A stretch of 62,216 nt of DNA from a virus. Lineage: Duplodnaviria; Caudoviricetes. The position numbers were made by a program, and so were the translations under genes. Location: positions 1 through 62,216 of the IMG/VR virus record IMGVR_UViG_3300046357_000001; one strand, given 5' to 3'. Below the pieces are notes generated by a model. It ran no database searches and was not told the origin of the DNA. It saw only the letters and a list, made by a program, of their open reading frames with translations. Positions within the stretch are counted from its first letter, which is position 1, and the number at the start of each line of letters is the position of its first letter. This document shows positions 1 to 8,945 of the stretch, piece by piece.

Positions 1-309
1 ATCCAAGAGTTGCGCAACATGGGCATACCGGTGCAGGAGTTCAGCCCGTCCCGTGGCAACGACAAAGTTGTCCGTGTAAACGCCATTGCGGACCTGTTTG
101 CGTCTGGGACTGTGTGGGCACCGGACACGCGCTGGGCACGGGAAGTGATTGAAGAAGTGGCGTCGTTCCCGAACGGCGACCACGACGACTATGTGGACAC
201 GACCAGTCAGGCCCTCCTAAGATTTAGACAAGGGGGCTTCATTTCACTAGAATCGGACGAACGCGATGAACCGAAGATGTTCCGCCGCCGCACCAACGCC
301 TACTATTAA
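1..309 (+). CDS. terL: Terminase large subunit, C-terminal fragment (duplicate of the end of 60404..61942)
   Basis: Translation matches the TerL C-terminus (FPNGDHDDYVD nuclease motif). Confidence 0.9.
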   Translation: MQELRNMGIPVQEFSPSRGNDKVVRVNAIADLFASGTVWAPDTRWAREVIEEVASFPNGDHDDYVDTTSQALLRFRQGGFISLESDERDEPKMFRRRTNAYY

Positions 310-587
310 GGACACTTCATGGCATTCGACAAAGCACTTACCCAAGCCCCTATGGGCATCGACGCACTCGCACAAGACGAGGAGCCAATCGAGATCGAAA
401 TTGTTGATCCCGAAGAAGTCAACATTCACGCAGGCGACTTGGAGATCAGCATTGGCAAAGAAGAAGAAGACGGCGACGAAGGCTTCAATGACAACCTCGC
501 CGAGTACATGGACGAAGGCGCCATGCAGTCACTGGCTGGTGAGCTGTCCGGTTCAATCGACCAAGACAAGGCCAGCCGCAAAGACTG
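1..587. repeat. Left copy of terminal direct repeat (circular overlap), imperfect match to 61634..62216
   Basis: Begins atccaagagttgcgcaac (also at 61634) and ends ccgcaaagactg (window end). The copies differ by clustered substitutions plus a 1-nt and a 3-nt indel. Confidence 0.95.
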
Positions 588-2766
588 GGAGAAAGCGTAC
601 ACCGAGGGTTTAAAGCTGCTGGGGCTTCAGTACGAGGAACGCACAGAACCTTGGAATGGTGCCTCCGGTGTGTTCCACCCCATGATTACCGAGGCTGTGG
701 TGCGCTTTCAGAGCGAGACCATCACGGAGATGTTCCCAGCCGCGGGGCCAGTGCGTACCAAGATCGTCGGGAAAGAGACCACCGAGAAGAAAGAAGCCGC
801 CAAGCGCGTTCAGGAAGACTTGAACTATGAGCTGACAGAAGTCATGCGCGAGTTCCGCCCAGAACAAGAACGTATGTTGTGGTCGCTGCCAGCTACGGGT
901 TCAGCGTTCAAGAAGGTGTACTACGACCCCAGCCTCGGCCGCCAAGTGTCGATGTTTGTGCCGGCCGAGGACATCATCCTGCCTTACGGCACGACCGACA
1001 TGGACACTTGCTACCGCCTGACGCACGTCATGCGCAAAACAGCGAACGAGATCAAGAAGCTCCAGCAAGCGGAGTTCTACATTGACATCGAGCTTGGCGA
1101 AGCTACCAAGGAACAGACGGACATCCAGAAAGCCAAGGACAAAGAGACTGGCTTCAGCGACATCGACGACGATCGCTACACGCTCTTGGAGATTCACGTT
1201 GACTTGGACCTCGAAGGTTACGAGGACGTGGACGGTGACGGCGAAGAGACAGGCATTGCCTTGCCTTACGTTGTGACCATGATTAAAGGCACAAACGAGA
1301 TTCTGGCCATTCGCCGTAACTGGAAGGAAGAAGATGACCTCCGCCTCAAGCGACAACACTTCGTCCACTATCAGTACATCCCGGGTTTTGGGGCCTATGG
1401 CTTCGGTCTGTTCCATCTCATCGGAGGCTTCGCCAAGTCAGCGACGTCAATCATGCGTCAATTGGTGGACGCTGGAACGTTGTCTAACTTGCCCGGCGGT
1501 CTCAAGTCACGGGGACTTCGCATCAAAGGTGATGACACTCCGATTGCACCGGGTGAATGGCGCGACGTAGACGTTGGTTCGGGCAACATGCGCGACAGCA
1601 TCTTACCGCTGCCTTACAAAGAACCAAGTTTGGTGTTGTCTGGCTTGCTGGACAAGATTGTGGAGGAAGGCCGTCGCTTCGCTGCATCCGCAGACATGAA
1701 GGTGTCGGACATGTCCGCCCAAGCCCCCGTGGGTACAACCCTTGCCATCCTTGAGCGCCAGCTGAAGATCATGACGGCTGTGCAGGCCCGTTTGCACTAC
1801 GCGTTCAAGCAAGAATTGCGCCTGTTGTCGACAATCATTCGCGATTACACAGACCCTGACTACGATTTCGAGCCAGAAGAAGGTAAACGTACGGCCAAAC
1901 AGTCCGACTACGCGTGCTGCGACATCATTCCGGTCAGTGATCCCAATGCTGCAACCATGTCACAACGTGTTGTGCAGTACCAAGCGGTCATTCAAATGGC
2001 CCAGATGGCGCCTGACATATATGACTTGCCTCAGCTGCACCGCAACATGTTGGAGGTGTTGGGCATCAAGAACGCCGAGAAGCTGATCCCATTGGCCGAA
2101 GACATGAAGCCGAAAGACCCGGTGTCCGAGAACCAAGAGCTGCTTAAGTGCGAGCCAGCCAAGGCATTCTTCCACCAAGACCATAAGTCCCACATTGCTG
2201 TGCACCAAGCAATGATGCAAGACCCAACGGTTATGGCGATCATTGGCCAGAACCCCAAAGCCCAGCAGATCATGGCTGCGGTGTCGGCACATTTGGCCGA
2301 ACACGTTGGCTTCCAGTACCGTCAACAAATCGAAATGCAGTTGGGTATGCCTTTGCCAGCAGACGACCAGCAGTTGCCACCACAAGTTGAAATCTCCTTG
2401 TCAGGCATGTTGGCACAAGCCGCACAGCAAGCCTTGGCACAAAACCAAGCGCAAGCCGCTCAACAGCAGGCACAGCAACAAGCTCAAGACCCGCTCGTGC
2501 AGATGCAGCAGCAAGAGTTGGCTATCAAGCAGCAAGAAGCCCAGACAAATGCTCAGAAAGTTCAGGGCGATTTGCAGCTCAAGCAAGCCGATTTACAGAT
2601 CAAGTCACAGGCTCTGACGGCCAAGACATCGTTGGAAGCGGCCAAGATCAAAATTTCTCAAGAACAACTGTCTTCCAAGACAAAACTTGACGGCATCAAA
2701 GCCGCGTCCGAAATCTATGCTTCCGATCGTCAACTAAACCAACCACGAGGTAATAACACCAAATGA
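319..2766 (+). CDS. Portal protein
   Basis: 815 aa directly after terL, with AAGGA RBS. Contains GSAFKKVYYDP and a Gln-rich C-terminal coiled coil typical of P22-like portals. Confidence 0.85.
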   Translation: MAFDKALTQAPMGIDALAQDEEPIEIEIVDPEEVNIHAGDLEISIGKEEEDGDEGFNDNLAEYMDEGAMQSLAGELSGSIDQDKASRKDWEKAYTEGLKLLGLQYEERTEPWNGASGVFHPMITEAVVRFQSETITEMFPAAGPVRTKIVGKETTEKKEAAKRVQEDLNYELTEVMREFRPEQERMLWSLPATGSAFKKVYYDPSLGRQVSMFVPAEDIILPYGTTDMDTCYRLTHVMRKTANEIKKLQQAEFYIDIELGEATKEQTDIQKAKDKETGFSDIDDDRYTLLEIHVDLDLEGYEDVDGDGEETGIALPYVVTMIKGTNEILAIRRNWKEEDDLRLKRQHFVHYQYIPGFGAYGFGLFHLIGGFAKSATSIMRQLVDAGTLSNLPGGLKSRGLRIKGDDTPIAPGEWRDVDVGSGNMRDSILPLPYKEPSLVLSGLLDKIVEEGRRFAASADMKVSDMSAQAPVGTTLAILERQLKIMTAVQARLHYAFKQELRLLSTIIRDYTDPDYDFEPEEGKRTAKQSDYACCDIIPVSDPNAATMSQRVVQYQAVIQMAQMAPDIYDLPQLHRNMLEVLGIKNAEKLIPLAEDMKPKDPVSENQELLKCEPAKAFFHQDHKSHIAVHQAMMQDPTVMAIIGQNPKAQQIMAAVSAHLAEHVGFQYRQQIEMQLGMPLPADDQQLPPQVEISLSGMLAQAAQQALAQNQAQAAQQQAQQQAQDPLVQMQQQELAIKQQEAQTNAQKVQGDLQLKQADLQIKSQALTAKTSLEAAKIKISQEQLSSKTKLDGIKAASEIYASDRQLNQPRGNNTK

Positions 2767-2960
2767 TCCAAGACTTCGCACGCGTACTGCGCGAACAAGT
2801 ACGCACCGATATGAACAATTATGCTGACGACCTCGCAGGCGGGGTGTGTCAGGACTTTAGCCAGTATCAAAAACTCTGTGGGATTATTCAGGGTCTAGCC
2901 CTTGCAGAGCGTTACATCATCGACCTTGCAACGAAAGCGGAGAAAGCAAATGACAACTGA
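2763..2960 (+). CDS. Hypothetical head-module protein
   Basis: 65-aa ORF, ATGA-coupled to the portal stop. Confidence 0.7.
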   Translation: MIQDFARVLREQVRTDMNNYADDLAGGVCQDFSQYQKLCGIIQGLALAERYIIDLATKAEKANDN

Positions 2961-3399
2961 AACCCTGTCAGGATTAATCCTGCCCCCGGGCATCGCCCTA
3001 CCAACCCACATTCAACCTATGGAAACACCGGAAGAAAGTGCTGACGACGAAACCAAAGCTGGAGCACTACCAACACCAACAGGTTGGAAGATTCTCTGCG
3101 TGGTCCCCGAAGTGGATGCGAAACTCGCGGGCACAACCCTCGACTTAGTTCGTGACACGGCCTCAATGCGTGGTGAAGAGCACGGCACAACCGTGTTGTT
3201 TGTCTTGCGCACAGGACCAGACGTGTACAAAGACACTACCAAGTTCCCCACAGGCGCTTGGTGTAAAGACGGTGACTTCGTGCTCGTGCGTACATATACC
3301 GGTACGCGTTTCAAGATTTTCGGTAAAGAATTCCGCCTGATTAACGACGATCAAGTGGAAGCTGTTGTTATGGACCCCCGCGGATTAACCCGCGCATAA
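2950..3399 (+). CDS. GroES/Cpn10-like co-chaperonin
   Basis: PTGWKIL...GPDVYKD...KDGDFV...GTRFKIFGKEFRLINDDQVEAVV resembles the Cpn10 fold. ATG at 2950 follows GGAG. Confidence 0.8.
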   Translation: MTTETLSGLILPPGIALPTHIQPMETPEESADDETKAGALPTPTGWKILCVVPEVDAKLAGTTLDLVRDTASMRGEEHGTTVLFVLRTGPDVYKDTTKFPTGAWCKDGDFVLVRTYTGTRFKIFGKEFRLINDDQVEAVVMDPRGLTRA

Positions 3400-3408
3400 G
3401 GAGCAAAG

Positions 3409-4344
3409 ATGTCTGAATACAAGTTCCCAGACGAACTCGAAGACACGTCTGTTCAGGTAACAGTGGATGATGGCGACATCGAAGTCGAGATCATTGACGA
3501 CACCCCTGAAAAAGACCGTGGTCGTAAACCGCTTGAAAAAGCAGTGGAAGACCCCTCGGAAGAGGAGATCGAGTCGTACTCATCCAACGTGCAAAAGCGC
3601 ATTAAGGATTTGACACATGCCCGCCACGACGAGCGCCGTGTCAAAGAAGCCACCATGCGTGAGAAGCTCGAGCTTGAGAACCTCACCAAACAACTGATCG
3701 CAGAGAACCGTTCTTTGCGTCAAAACGTCAACACAGGTGCTGAGCACTATGTGGCCCAATCGAAGGCTATGGCCGAGACTGAGCTTGACAAAGCCCGCCG
3801 TGAATACAAGATCGCACAGGAGTCATTTGACTCTGACGCCATCCTTGCAGCACAAGAAGCCTTGTTGGATGCCAAAATAAAAGTGGAAGATGCGAAAAAG
3901 TTTCGTCATACCCCTTTACAAGTGGAATCTGATGAGGTACAAACGACTCATCGCGAACCCGAACGCGTACAACCAGACGAAAAAACCTTGCGCTGGCAAG
4001 CTAAAAACCAGTGGTTTGGAAGCAATGGGTTCGAAGAAGTTACCAGCTTTGCACTAGGGCTGCATCAAAAACTAGTGAACTCCGGGACTGACCCAAGGTC
4101 AGACGAGTATTTCGAGCAGATCAATGCTCGCGTGAAGTCCAAGTTCCCCGAAGTTTTTGGGGACACTGAAGACACGTCATCTAACGGTGCGTCCTCCAGA
4201 AAACCTGCTTCCGTCGTAGCCCCTGCCACAAGATCGTCGGGGGCTAAAAAAGTCCAACTGACGACAACCCAGCTCGCGCTGGCTAAGAAATTTGGATTGA
4301 CCCCTCAGCAATACGCTGTACAAGTAGCAAAACTGGAGAACTAA
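3409..4344 (+). CDS. Putative capsid scaffolding protein
   Basis: Acidic coiled-coil protein between portal and capsid genes. Confidence 0.65.
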   Translation: MSEYKFPDELEDTSVQVTVDDGDIEVEIIDDTPEKDRGRKPLEKAVEDPSEEEIESYSSNVQKRIKDLTHARHDERRVKEATMREKLELENLTKQLIAENRSLRQNVNTGAEHYVAQSKAMAETELDKARREYKIAQESFDSDAILAAQEALLDAKIKVEDAKKFRHTPLQVESDEVQTTHREPERVQPDEKTLRWQAKNQWFGSNGFEEVTSFALGLHQKLVNSGTDPRSDEYFEQINARVKSKFPEVFGDTEDTSSNGASSRKPASVVAPATRSSGAKKVQLTTTQLALAKKFGLTPQQYAVQVAKLEN

Positions 4345-4345
4345 G

Positions 4346-4798
4346 ATGACTGCAAACCGTACCCCTCGTGATCTCGTGTCACGCGATAAAAATGCTCGTG
4401 CTGTATACGTACCGCCGACATCTCTGCCCGACCCAACACCAGAGCCCGGTTACGCGTATCGCTGGATTGCGACACACGTAGTTGGAAAAGCTGACCACCC
4501 GAACGTGTCCCGTAAGATGCGCGAAGGTTGGGTGCCGGTAAAGGCAGAGGACCATCCAGAACTGCAATTGTTCGGTGATGCCGGAACAGGCAATGTGGAA
4601 ATTGGCGGACTCATGCTTTGCAAGATGTCTGTCGAACAAGCGAAAGCCCGTGACGACTATTACGCCAATCAAGCGCAGAACCAGATGGATTCAGTGGACA
4701 ACCACTTCATGCGAAACAATGATCCACGTATGCCTCTTTTTGCGGAACGCAAGTCCACATCAAGTCGCGGCAGTGGTTTTGGTTCAGGTTCTAAGTAA
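4346..4798 (+). CDS. Hypothetical head-module protein
   Basis: 150-aa ORF tightly packed in the head operon. Confidence 0.7.
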   Translation: MTANRTPRDLVSRDKNARAVYVPPTSLPDPTPEPGYAYRWIATHVVGKADHPNVSRKMREGWVPVKAEDHPELQLFGDAGTGNVEIGGLMLCKMSVEQAKARDDYYANQAQNQMDSVDNHFMRNNDPRMPLFAERKSTSSRGSGFGSGSK

Positions 4799-4813
4799 AC
4801 AAGGAGTCCTTAA

Positions 4814-5437
4814 ATGGCATCTACCGCTTCTCCCTACGGCCTTCGTGCCGTCAATGAGTTGGGTGGCCTACCTTATGCAGGTAGCACTCGCTCTTTCCCC
4901 ATCACGCCTGCCGGTTACGGCACTAACATTTTCAACGGCAGCGTTGTTTATGTGGGCACTGATGGTTATTTGCAACTGGTGACTGGCACTGGCGCTGATG
5001 GTACGACTAACTCGTTCCCCGGCTCAGGTACTTTGACTGGCGCTGTTGGCGTTTTCGTCGGCTGCTCTTATGTCAACGCACAAGGTCAGACACTGTTTTC
5101 GCAGTACTACCCAGCTAACGCTTTGAATGCCGTGGCCCTCGTTATTGATGACGACCGTACCGTGTTCCAAGTGCAAGCTAACGGCGCTGTGGCTCAAGCC
5201 AAACTGGGCGAGAACACTTTCTTTGCTGCTGCTCAAAGCACTAGCACTGGTTCTACAACCACTGGTAACTCCACTTCTGCTGTGACAGCTACCACCATCG
5301 CTACAACTGCTGCTTTCCGCGTGGTTGGTTTCGTGAACATGCAAGGTTTCTCTGTTGTTGGCGACAACTTCACAGACATCTTGGTTAAGTTCAACCCCGG
5401 CTACCACAGCTATAGCAACGCCGTCGGCGTGGCATAA
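4814..5437 (+). CDS. Putative capsid decoration/cement protein
   Basis: Strong AAGGAG RBS, G/T/A-rich beta-type sequence, immediately before the major capsid gene. Confidence 0.55.
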   Translation: MASTASPYGLRAVNELGGLPYAGSTRSFPITPAGYGTNIFNGSVVYVGTDGYLQLVTGTGADGTTNSFPGSGTLTGAVGVFVGCSYVNAQGQTLFSQYYPANALNAVALVIDDDRTVFQVQANGAVAQAKLGENTFFAAAQSTSTGSTTTGNSTSAVTATTIATTAAFRVVGFVNMQGFSVVGDNFTDILVKFNPGYHSYSNAVGVA

Positions 5438-5450
5438 GGAGTAATTACAA

Positions 5451-6383
5451 ATGGCTATTTCACGCGCACAACTGCTCAAAGAATTGCTTCCCGGCCTGAA
5501 CGCTTTGTTCGGCATGGAGTACGCACGCTACGGCGAAGAGCACAAAGAAATCTACGAAACAGAGAAATCTGAGCGTAGCTTCGAAGAAGAGACTAAGTTG
5601 GCCGGCTTCGGCGCTGCTCCTGTTAAAAACGAAGGTTCTGCCATCGCTTTTGACAACGCACAAGAAGCCTTCACAGCTCGTTACAACCACGAGACCATCG
5701 CTCTCGGCTTCTCCATCACTGAAGAAGCAGTTGAAGACAACTTGTACGACAGCCTGTCTGCTCGCTACACCAAGTCTTTGGCTCGCGCTATGTCTTACAC
5801 CAAGCAAGTTAAAGCTGCCTCCGTTATCAACAACGGTTTCAGCGGTAGCTACTTGGGTGGTGACGGCGTGTCGTTGTTCGGTGTTAGCTCTGGCGGTAGC
5901 CGCGTGGGTCACCCACTGGTTAACGGCGGCGTCAACTACAACAGCCCATCTACTGCTGCTGACTTGAACGAAACTTCGTTGGAAAACGCTGTTATTCAAA
6001 TCGCTCAGTGGACCGACGAACGTGGTCTCTTGATCGCTGCGATGCCTAAGAAGTTGATTATTCCATCGGCCCTGCAATTCGTTGCAACCCGCTTGTTGGA
6101 AACCAGCCTCCGCGTTGGTACAACCGACAACGACATCAACGCTATCAAGAACAACGGTTCTATCCCTGAAGGTTACGCAATTAACCACTTCTTTACCGAT
6201 ACAAACGCTTGGTTCTTGACCACAGACGTGCCTAACGGTTTGAAGCATTTCGAGCGCTCGCCATTGACTAACTCAATGGATGGAGACTTCGATACCGGGA
6301 ACGTGCGTTACAAGGCCCGCGAACGATACAGCTTCGGCTGGTCGGATCCGCTCGGAATGTTCGGTTCTGCTGGTTCTAACTAA
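5451..6383 (+). CDS. Major capsid protein (Mu gpT-like family)
   Basis: 310 aa with TAAGGAG RBS and highly biased codons. Motifs KNEG, LGFSITEEAVEDNLY, PKKLIIP, YKARERYSFGWSD. Followed by a terminator. Confidence 0.85.
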   Translation: MAISRAQLLKELLPGLNALFGMEYARYGEEHKEIYETEKSERSFEEETKLAGFGAAPVKNEGSAIAFDNAQEAFTARYNHETIALGFSITEEAVEDNLYDSLSARYTKSLARAMSYTKQVKAASVINNGFSGSYLGGDGVSLFGVSSGGSRVGHPLVNGGVNYNSPSTAADLNETSLENAVIQIAQWTDERGLLIAAMPKKLIIPSALQFVATRLLETSLRVGTTDNDINAIKNNGSIPEGYAINHFFTDTNAWFLTTDVPNGLKHFERSPLTNSMDGDFDTGNVRYKARERYSFGWSDPLGMFGSAGSN

Positions 6384-6407
6384 GCAAACCCACTAACCAT
6401 GCGGTTT

Positions 6408-6432
6408 AAGGGCTCCTTCGGGAGCCCTTTTT
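6408..6432 (+). terminator. Rho-independent terminator
   Basis: aagggctcc-ttcg-ggagccctt followed by a T-run. Confidence 0.85.
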
Positions 6433-6499
6433 ACTTTTGTTACTTTGTATCGCACATCATGTATACTACGTATTCCCTAGCTTTATACCGGAGATACAA

Positions 6500-7315
6500 A
6501 TGGCCGTCATATATCAAATCACCAACATGGCAAACGGCAAGTACTACATCGGTAGTGCAGAGTCTTTTGCACGTCGTGAGTGGCAGCACAAATACGACCT
6601 TAAACGCAATGCACATAAGAACCCTCGCCTACAAGCTGCGTGGAATAAGTACGGCGCTGACGCGTTTGTTTTTGAAGTGCTTGAGGAAGTTCAAGAAGGT
6701 GTTTCGCAGTTACAGGTCGAAGATATGTACCTTGTGCAGCACGTAGGAAAGCAGGAGTGCTACAACATTAATGCAAGTGCCGAACTGTCGCGGCTAGGTA
6801 TAAAACATACGCAAGCGTCAAAGGACAAAACAAGCGCCAGTCGCAAAGGAAAAGCCGCAGGCGCAGAGCACTACCGCTATGGTCAAACTGTCTCACCCGA
6901 GGTCCGTGAAAAGATAGGTGACACACAGCGCGGCGTACCCAAAGGACCACGTACCTTCACCCCAGAGGGCTTAGAACGAGCTAGGGAGAACATGAAGCGT
7001 AATGCCAAGGAGCAGCTACCCGCAGACTTCCAAGTGGTACACGCTAAGTTTCCTGTTGAAGTTCAAAACAAATACGACTTCAGCAACGCCCAGTACCTTG
7101 GGGCGTTGGTACGTATTGAGGGGGTATTTTGTGAGCAGCATGGCATATTCTCTCAGTACGCAGCACGGTTCCGAAAAGGGGCCGGTTGTCCAGAATGCGG
7201 AGCTGTTCTTCGCGCCGGATCAAAGAAGGCTCAAATGAAAGAAGCATGGGCTGATCCGTCGGAGCGAGAGAAAATGCTTGCGGCCCGCAAAAAGAAGATT
7301 GCCCCCGCTGTTTGA
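6500..7315 (+). CDS. Free-standing GIY-YIG homing endonuclease with NUMOD3-like repeats and C-terminal Zn ribbon
   Basis: MAVIYQITNMANGKYYIGS...R...H, YNI, KHTQASKDKTSASRKGK, CEQHG...CPEC. GGAG RBS before ATG 6500. Confidence 0.9.
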   Translation: MAVIYQITNMANGKYYIGSAESFARREWQHKYDLKRNAHKNPRLQAAWNKYGADAFVFEVLEEVQEGVSQLQVEDMYLVQHVGKQECYNINASAELSRLGIKHTQASKDKTSASRKGKAAGAEHYRYGQTVSPEVREKIGDTQRGVPKGPRTFTPEGLERARENMKRNAKEQLPADFQVVHAKFPVEVQNKYDFSNAQYLGALVRIEGVFCEQHGIFSQYAARFRKGAGCPECGAVLRAGSKKAQMKEAWADPSEREKMLAARKKKIAPAV

Positions 7316-7327
7316 TTAGTGTATATT
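7299..7327 (+). promoter_or_regulatory. sigma70-like promoter
   Basis: TTGCCC-17 nt-TATATT. Confidence 0.55.
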
Positions 7328-7336
7328 CAATGCACT

Positions 7337-7405
7337 CCGGAAACCCCCGGCGTATCAAACAGGTCCGGCTGACTTCATGCAGATTGATACGCTTTAAGCA
7401 TGTAA
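7337..7405 (+). ncRNA. Candidate structured RNA, possibly Mu-gpT-DE-like
   Basis: 9-bp stem gcgtatcaa/ttgatacgc (7350-7392) with possible catgc/gcatg pseudoknot, downstream of a gpT-like capsid gene. Confidence 0.4.
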
Positions 7406-7414
7406 GGAAAAATC

Positions 7415-7903
7415 ATGGCTACTTCGACTACCCAATCAGTCTGGCGTTCAGGCGGCGGCGACACAACTAAAACAGCTTACGCTGGCTCTATGTTGATGGT
7501 TGCTGACTTCTATTTCAGTGGCGCAGCCGTTGCTAGTACCGCAGTTCAAAAGTCCAGCACGGACACCGCAGCAGTGGTCTTGCCTATGGGCGCAATCGTT
7601 ACTTCGATCCAGACCAACGCAGCTATCACTGGCGGAACAACTCCTACGTTCGATATGGGTTTTAACCTGTACACCGCAGGCACAGCCAGCCCCGCCACTC
7701 TGATTAACGAAGGTCTGGGCACCACTGCCAAAGCTAACGTTACTTGGGAAACTTCTACAGCTGGTACAAGCCTTGGTGTTGTCATGTCTGCTGTAGACAT
7801 GGTTAAGATTACTGGCAGCGTGGGCGCTTCTGCGGGCACCGGCGGCACCGTTGCCGGCCGTATCGTTTACTACGTTCCAACAAACGGCGCGTACACAGCT
7901 TAA
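7415..7903 (+). CDS. Putative virion structural protein
   Basis: AAGGA RBS, T/A/G-rich 162 aa in the structural module. Confidence 0.65.
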   Translation: MATSTTQSVWRSGGGDTTKTAYAGSMLMVADFYFSGAAVASTAVQKSSTDTAAVVLPMGAIVTSIQTNAAITGGTTPTFDMGFNLYTAGTASPATLINEGLGTTAKANVTWETSTAGTSLGVVMSAVDMVKITGSVGASAGTGGTVAGRIVYYVPTNGAYTA

Positions 7904-7910
7904 TTGATCT

Positions 7911-7928
7911 CGGGGGCTTCGGCCCCCG
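7911..7928 (+). terminator. GC hairpin with UUCG loop (terminator or stabiliser)
   Basis: cgggggc-ttcg-gcccccg, no T-run. A near-identical hairpin lies at 15396. Confidence 0.5.
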
Positions 7929-7946
7929 CAATACAGGAGAGACAAG

Positions 7947-8696
7947 ATGGCGAATTTAGGCGTAATACGTTCAATAACGCAAGTAGGTACATACGAACCC
8001 TTTGAGCTTCAAGTAGCTCGTGGCCAGATTACGGGCCATGAAGTGGTCAACGTCTTTGGTTACGCATCTGCGGTCAGTACCAGCTTTGTGTCTATGTGGG
8101 AAAACAACGCTGCGTATGTGTTTCCTACTGTTGCTTCGACTATGGTTGTGTCTAGTAGCTCGGCTTCTGACACGGCAGTCAGCGTTCAAATCTTTGGCCT
8201 AGATGCAGACTACAACCGCATTACGGAAGTAGTTGCGTTGAACGGCACAAGTGATGTGGCGACAACAAAAGTGTATTGGCGCATCAACAACGTGATAACT
8301 ACTGTTGGAGCTGCTGTTGGAACCGTGTACGTTAAGAACGCAGGCGGCACGACCTATGCGCAAATTGCTATCGGCAGCGGTAAAACAAACATGTCTGTTT
8401 ACACTGTCCCTGCGGGCTACACAGCGTACATGACTCAGTTCGATGCATTCTCATCTACCTCGGTAACTTCTGGCGTATTTGCGACCATCAGAGCACTTAT
8501 TACAAGCTCCACAAACATCAGTAACGTCGTTATTGCCGCTCCGTTTTTAAACACTTTTGCGGTCACACGACCATACCCAAATGCAATTGTTGAAAAATCA
8601 GACTTTCAGTTGCAATGTAAATCTAGTGGCGCAGGCTTAGGCATCGGCGTTTTAGGCATCGGCGTCTTGATTAAAAATGCTTTGACGAGTTCTTAA
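7947..8696 (+). CDS. Hypothetical virion protein
   Basis: AGGAG RBS, beta-rich 249 aa. Confidence 0.65.
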   Translation: MANLGVIRSITQVGTYEPFELQVARGQITGHEVVNVFGYASAVSTSFVSMWENNAAYVFPTVASTMVVSSSSASDTAVSVQIFGLDADYNRITEVVALNGTSDVATTKVYWRINNVITTVGAAVGTVYVKNAGGTTYAQIAIGSGKTNMSVYTVPAGYTAYMTQFDAFSSTSVTSGVFATIRALITSSTNISNVVIAAPFLNTFAVTRPYPNAIVEKSDFQLQCKSSGAGLGIGVLGIGVLIKNALTSS

Positions 8697-8945
8697 ATGG
8701 ACTTGATGATCTGGAACATCGTATTGTCTGCCGGTATGGGCCTTACTACATGGGTGCTCAAGGAGAAGTCTGATGAAATCAAACGTATCGGAATCCTCCT
8801 TAGCAAAACCCGCGAAGAAGGCGCTGAAAAGTACATCACCAAAACGGAAGTCCACGCGGACATTAACCGGGTCTTGGACAGGCTTGATCGCTTGGATGAG
8901 AAACTGGACCGACTTATGGAGAAGCACCATGCCCAGCAGCAGTAA
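8697..8945 (+). CDS. Small protein with N-terminal hydrophobic helix and coiled coil
   Basis: IWNIVLSAGMGLTTWVL followed by a DRLDRLDEKLDRL heptad repeat. Confidence 0.65.
   Translation: MDLMIWNIVLSAGMGLTTWVLKEKSDEIKRIGILLSKTREEGAEKYITKTEVHADINRVLDRLDRLDEKLDRLMEKHHAQQQ

Noticed and set aside
2420-2600. CAG/CAA-rich tract in the portal gene
   Set aside because: Encodes the Gln-rich C-terminal coiled coil of the portal; not a separate element.
5460-6248. Long antisense ORFs over structural genes (for example 5460..6248, 8652..9311, 45345..46043)
   Set aside because: No recognisable motifs or RBS. They are expected shadows of biased codon usage, unlike the nested intein ORFs and Rz1.
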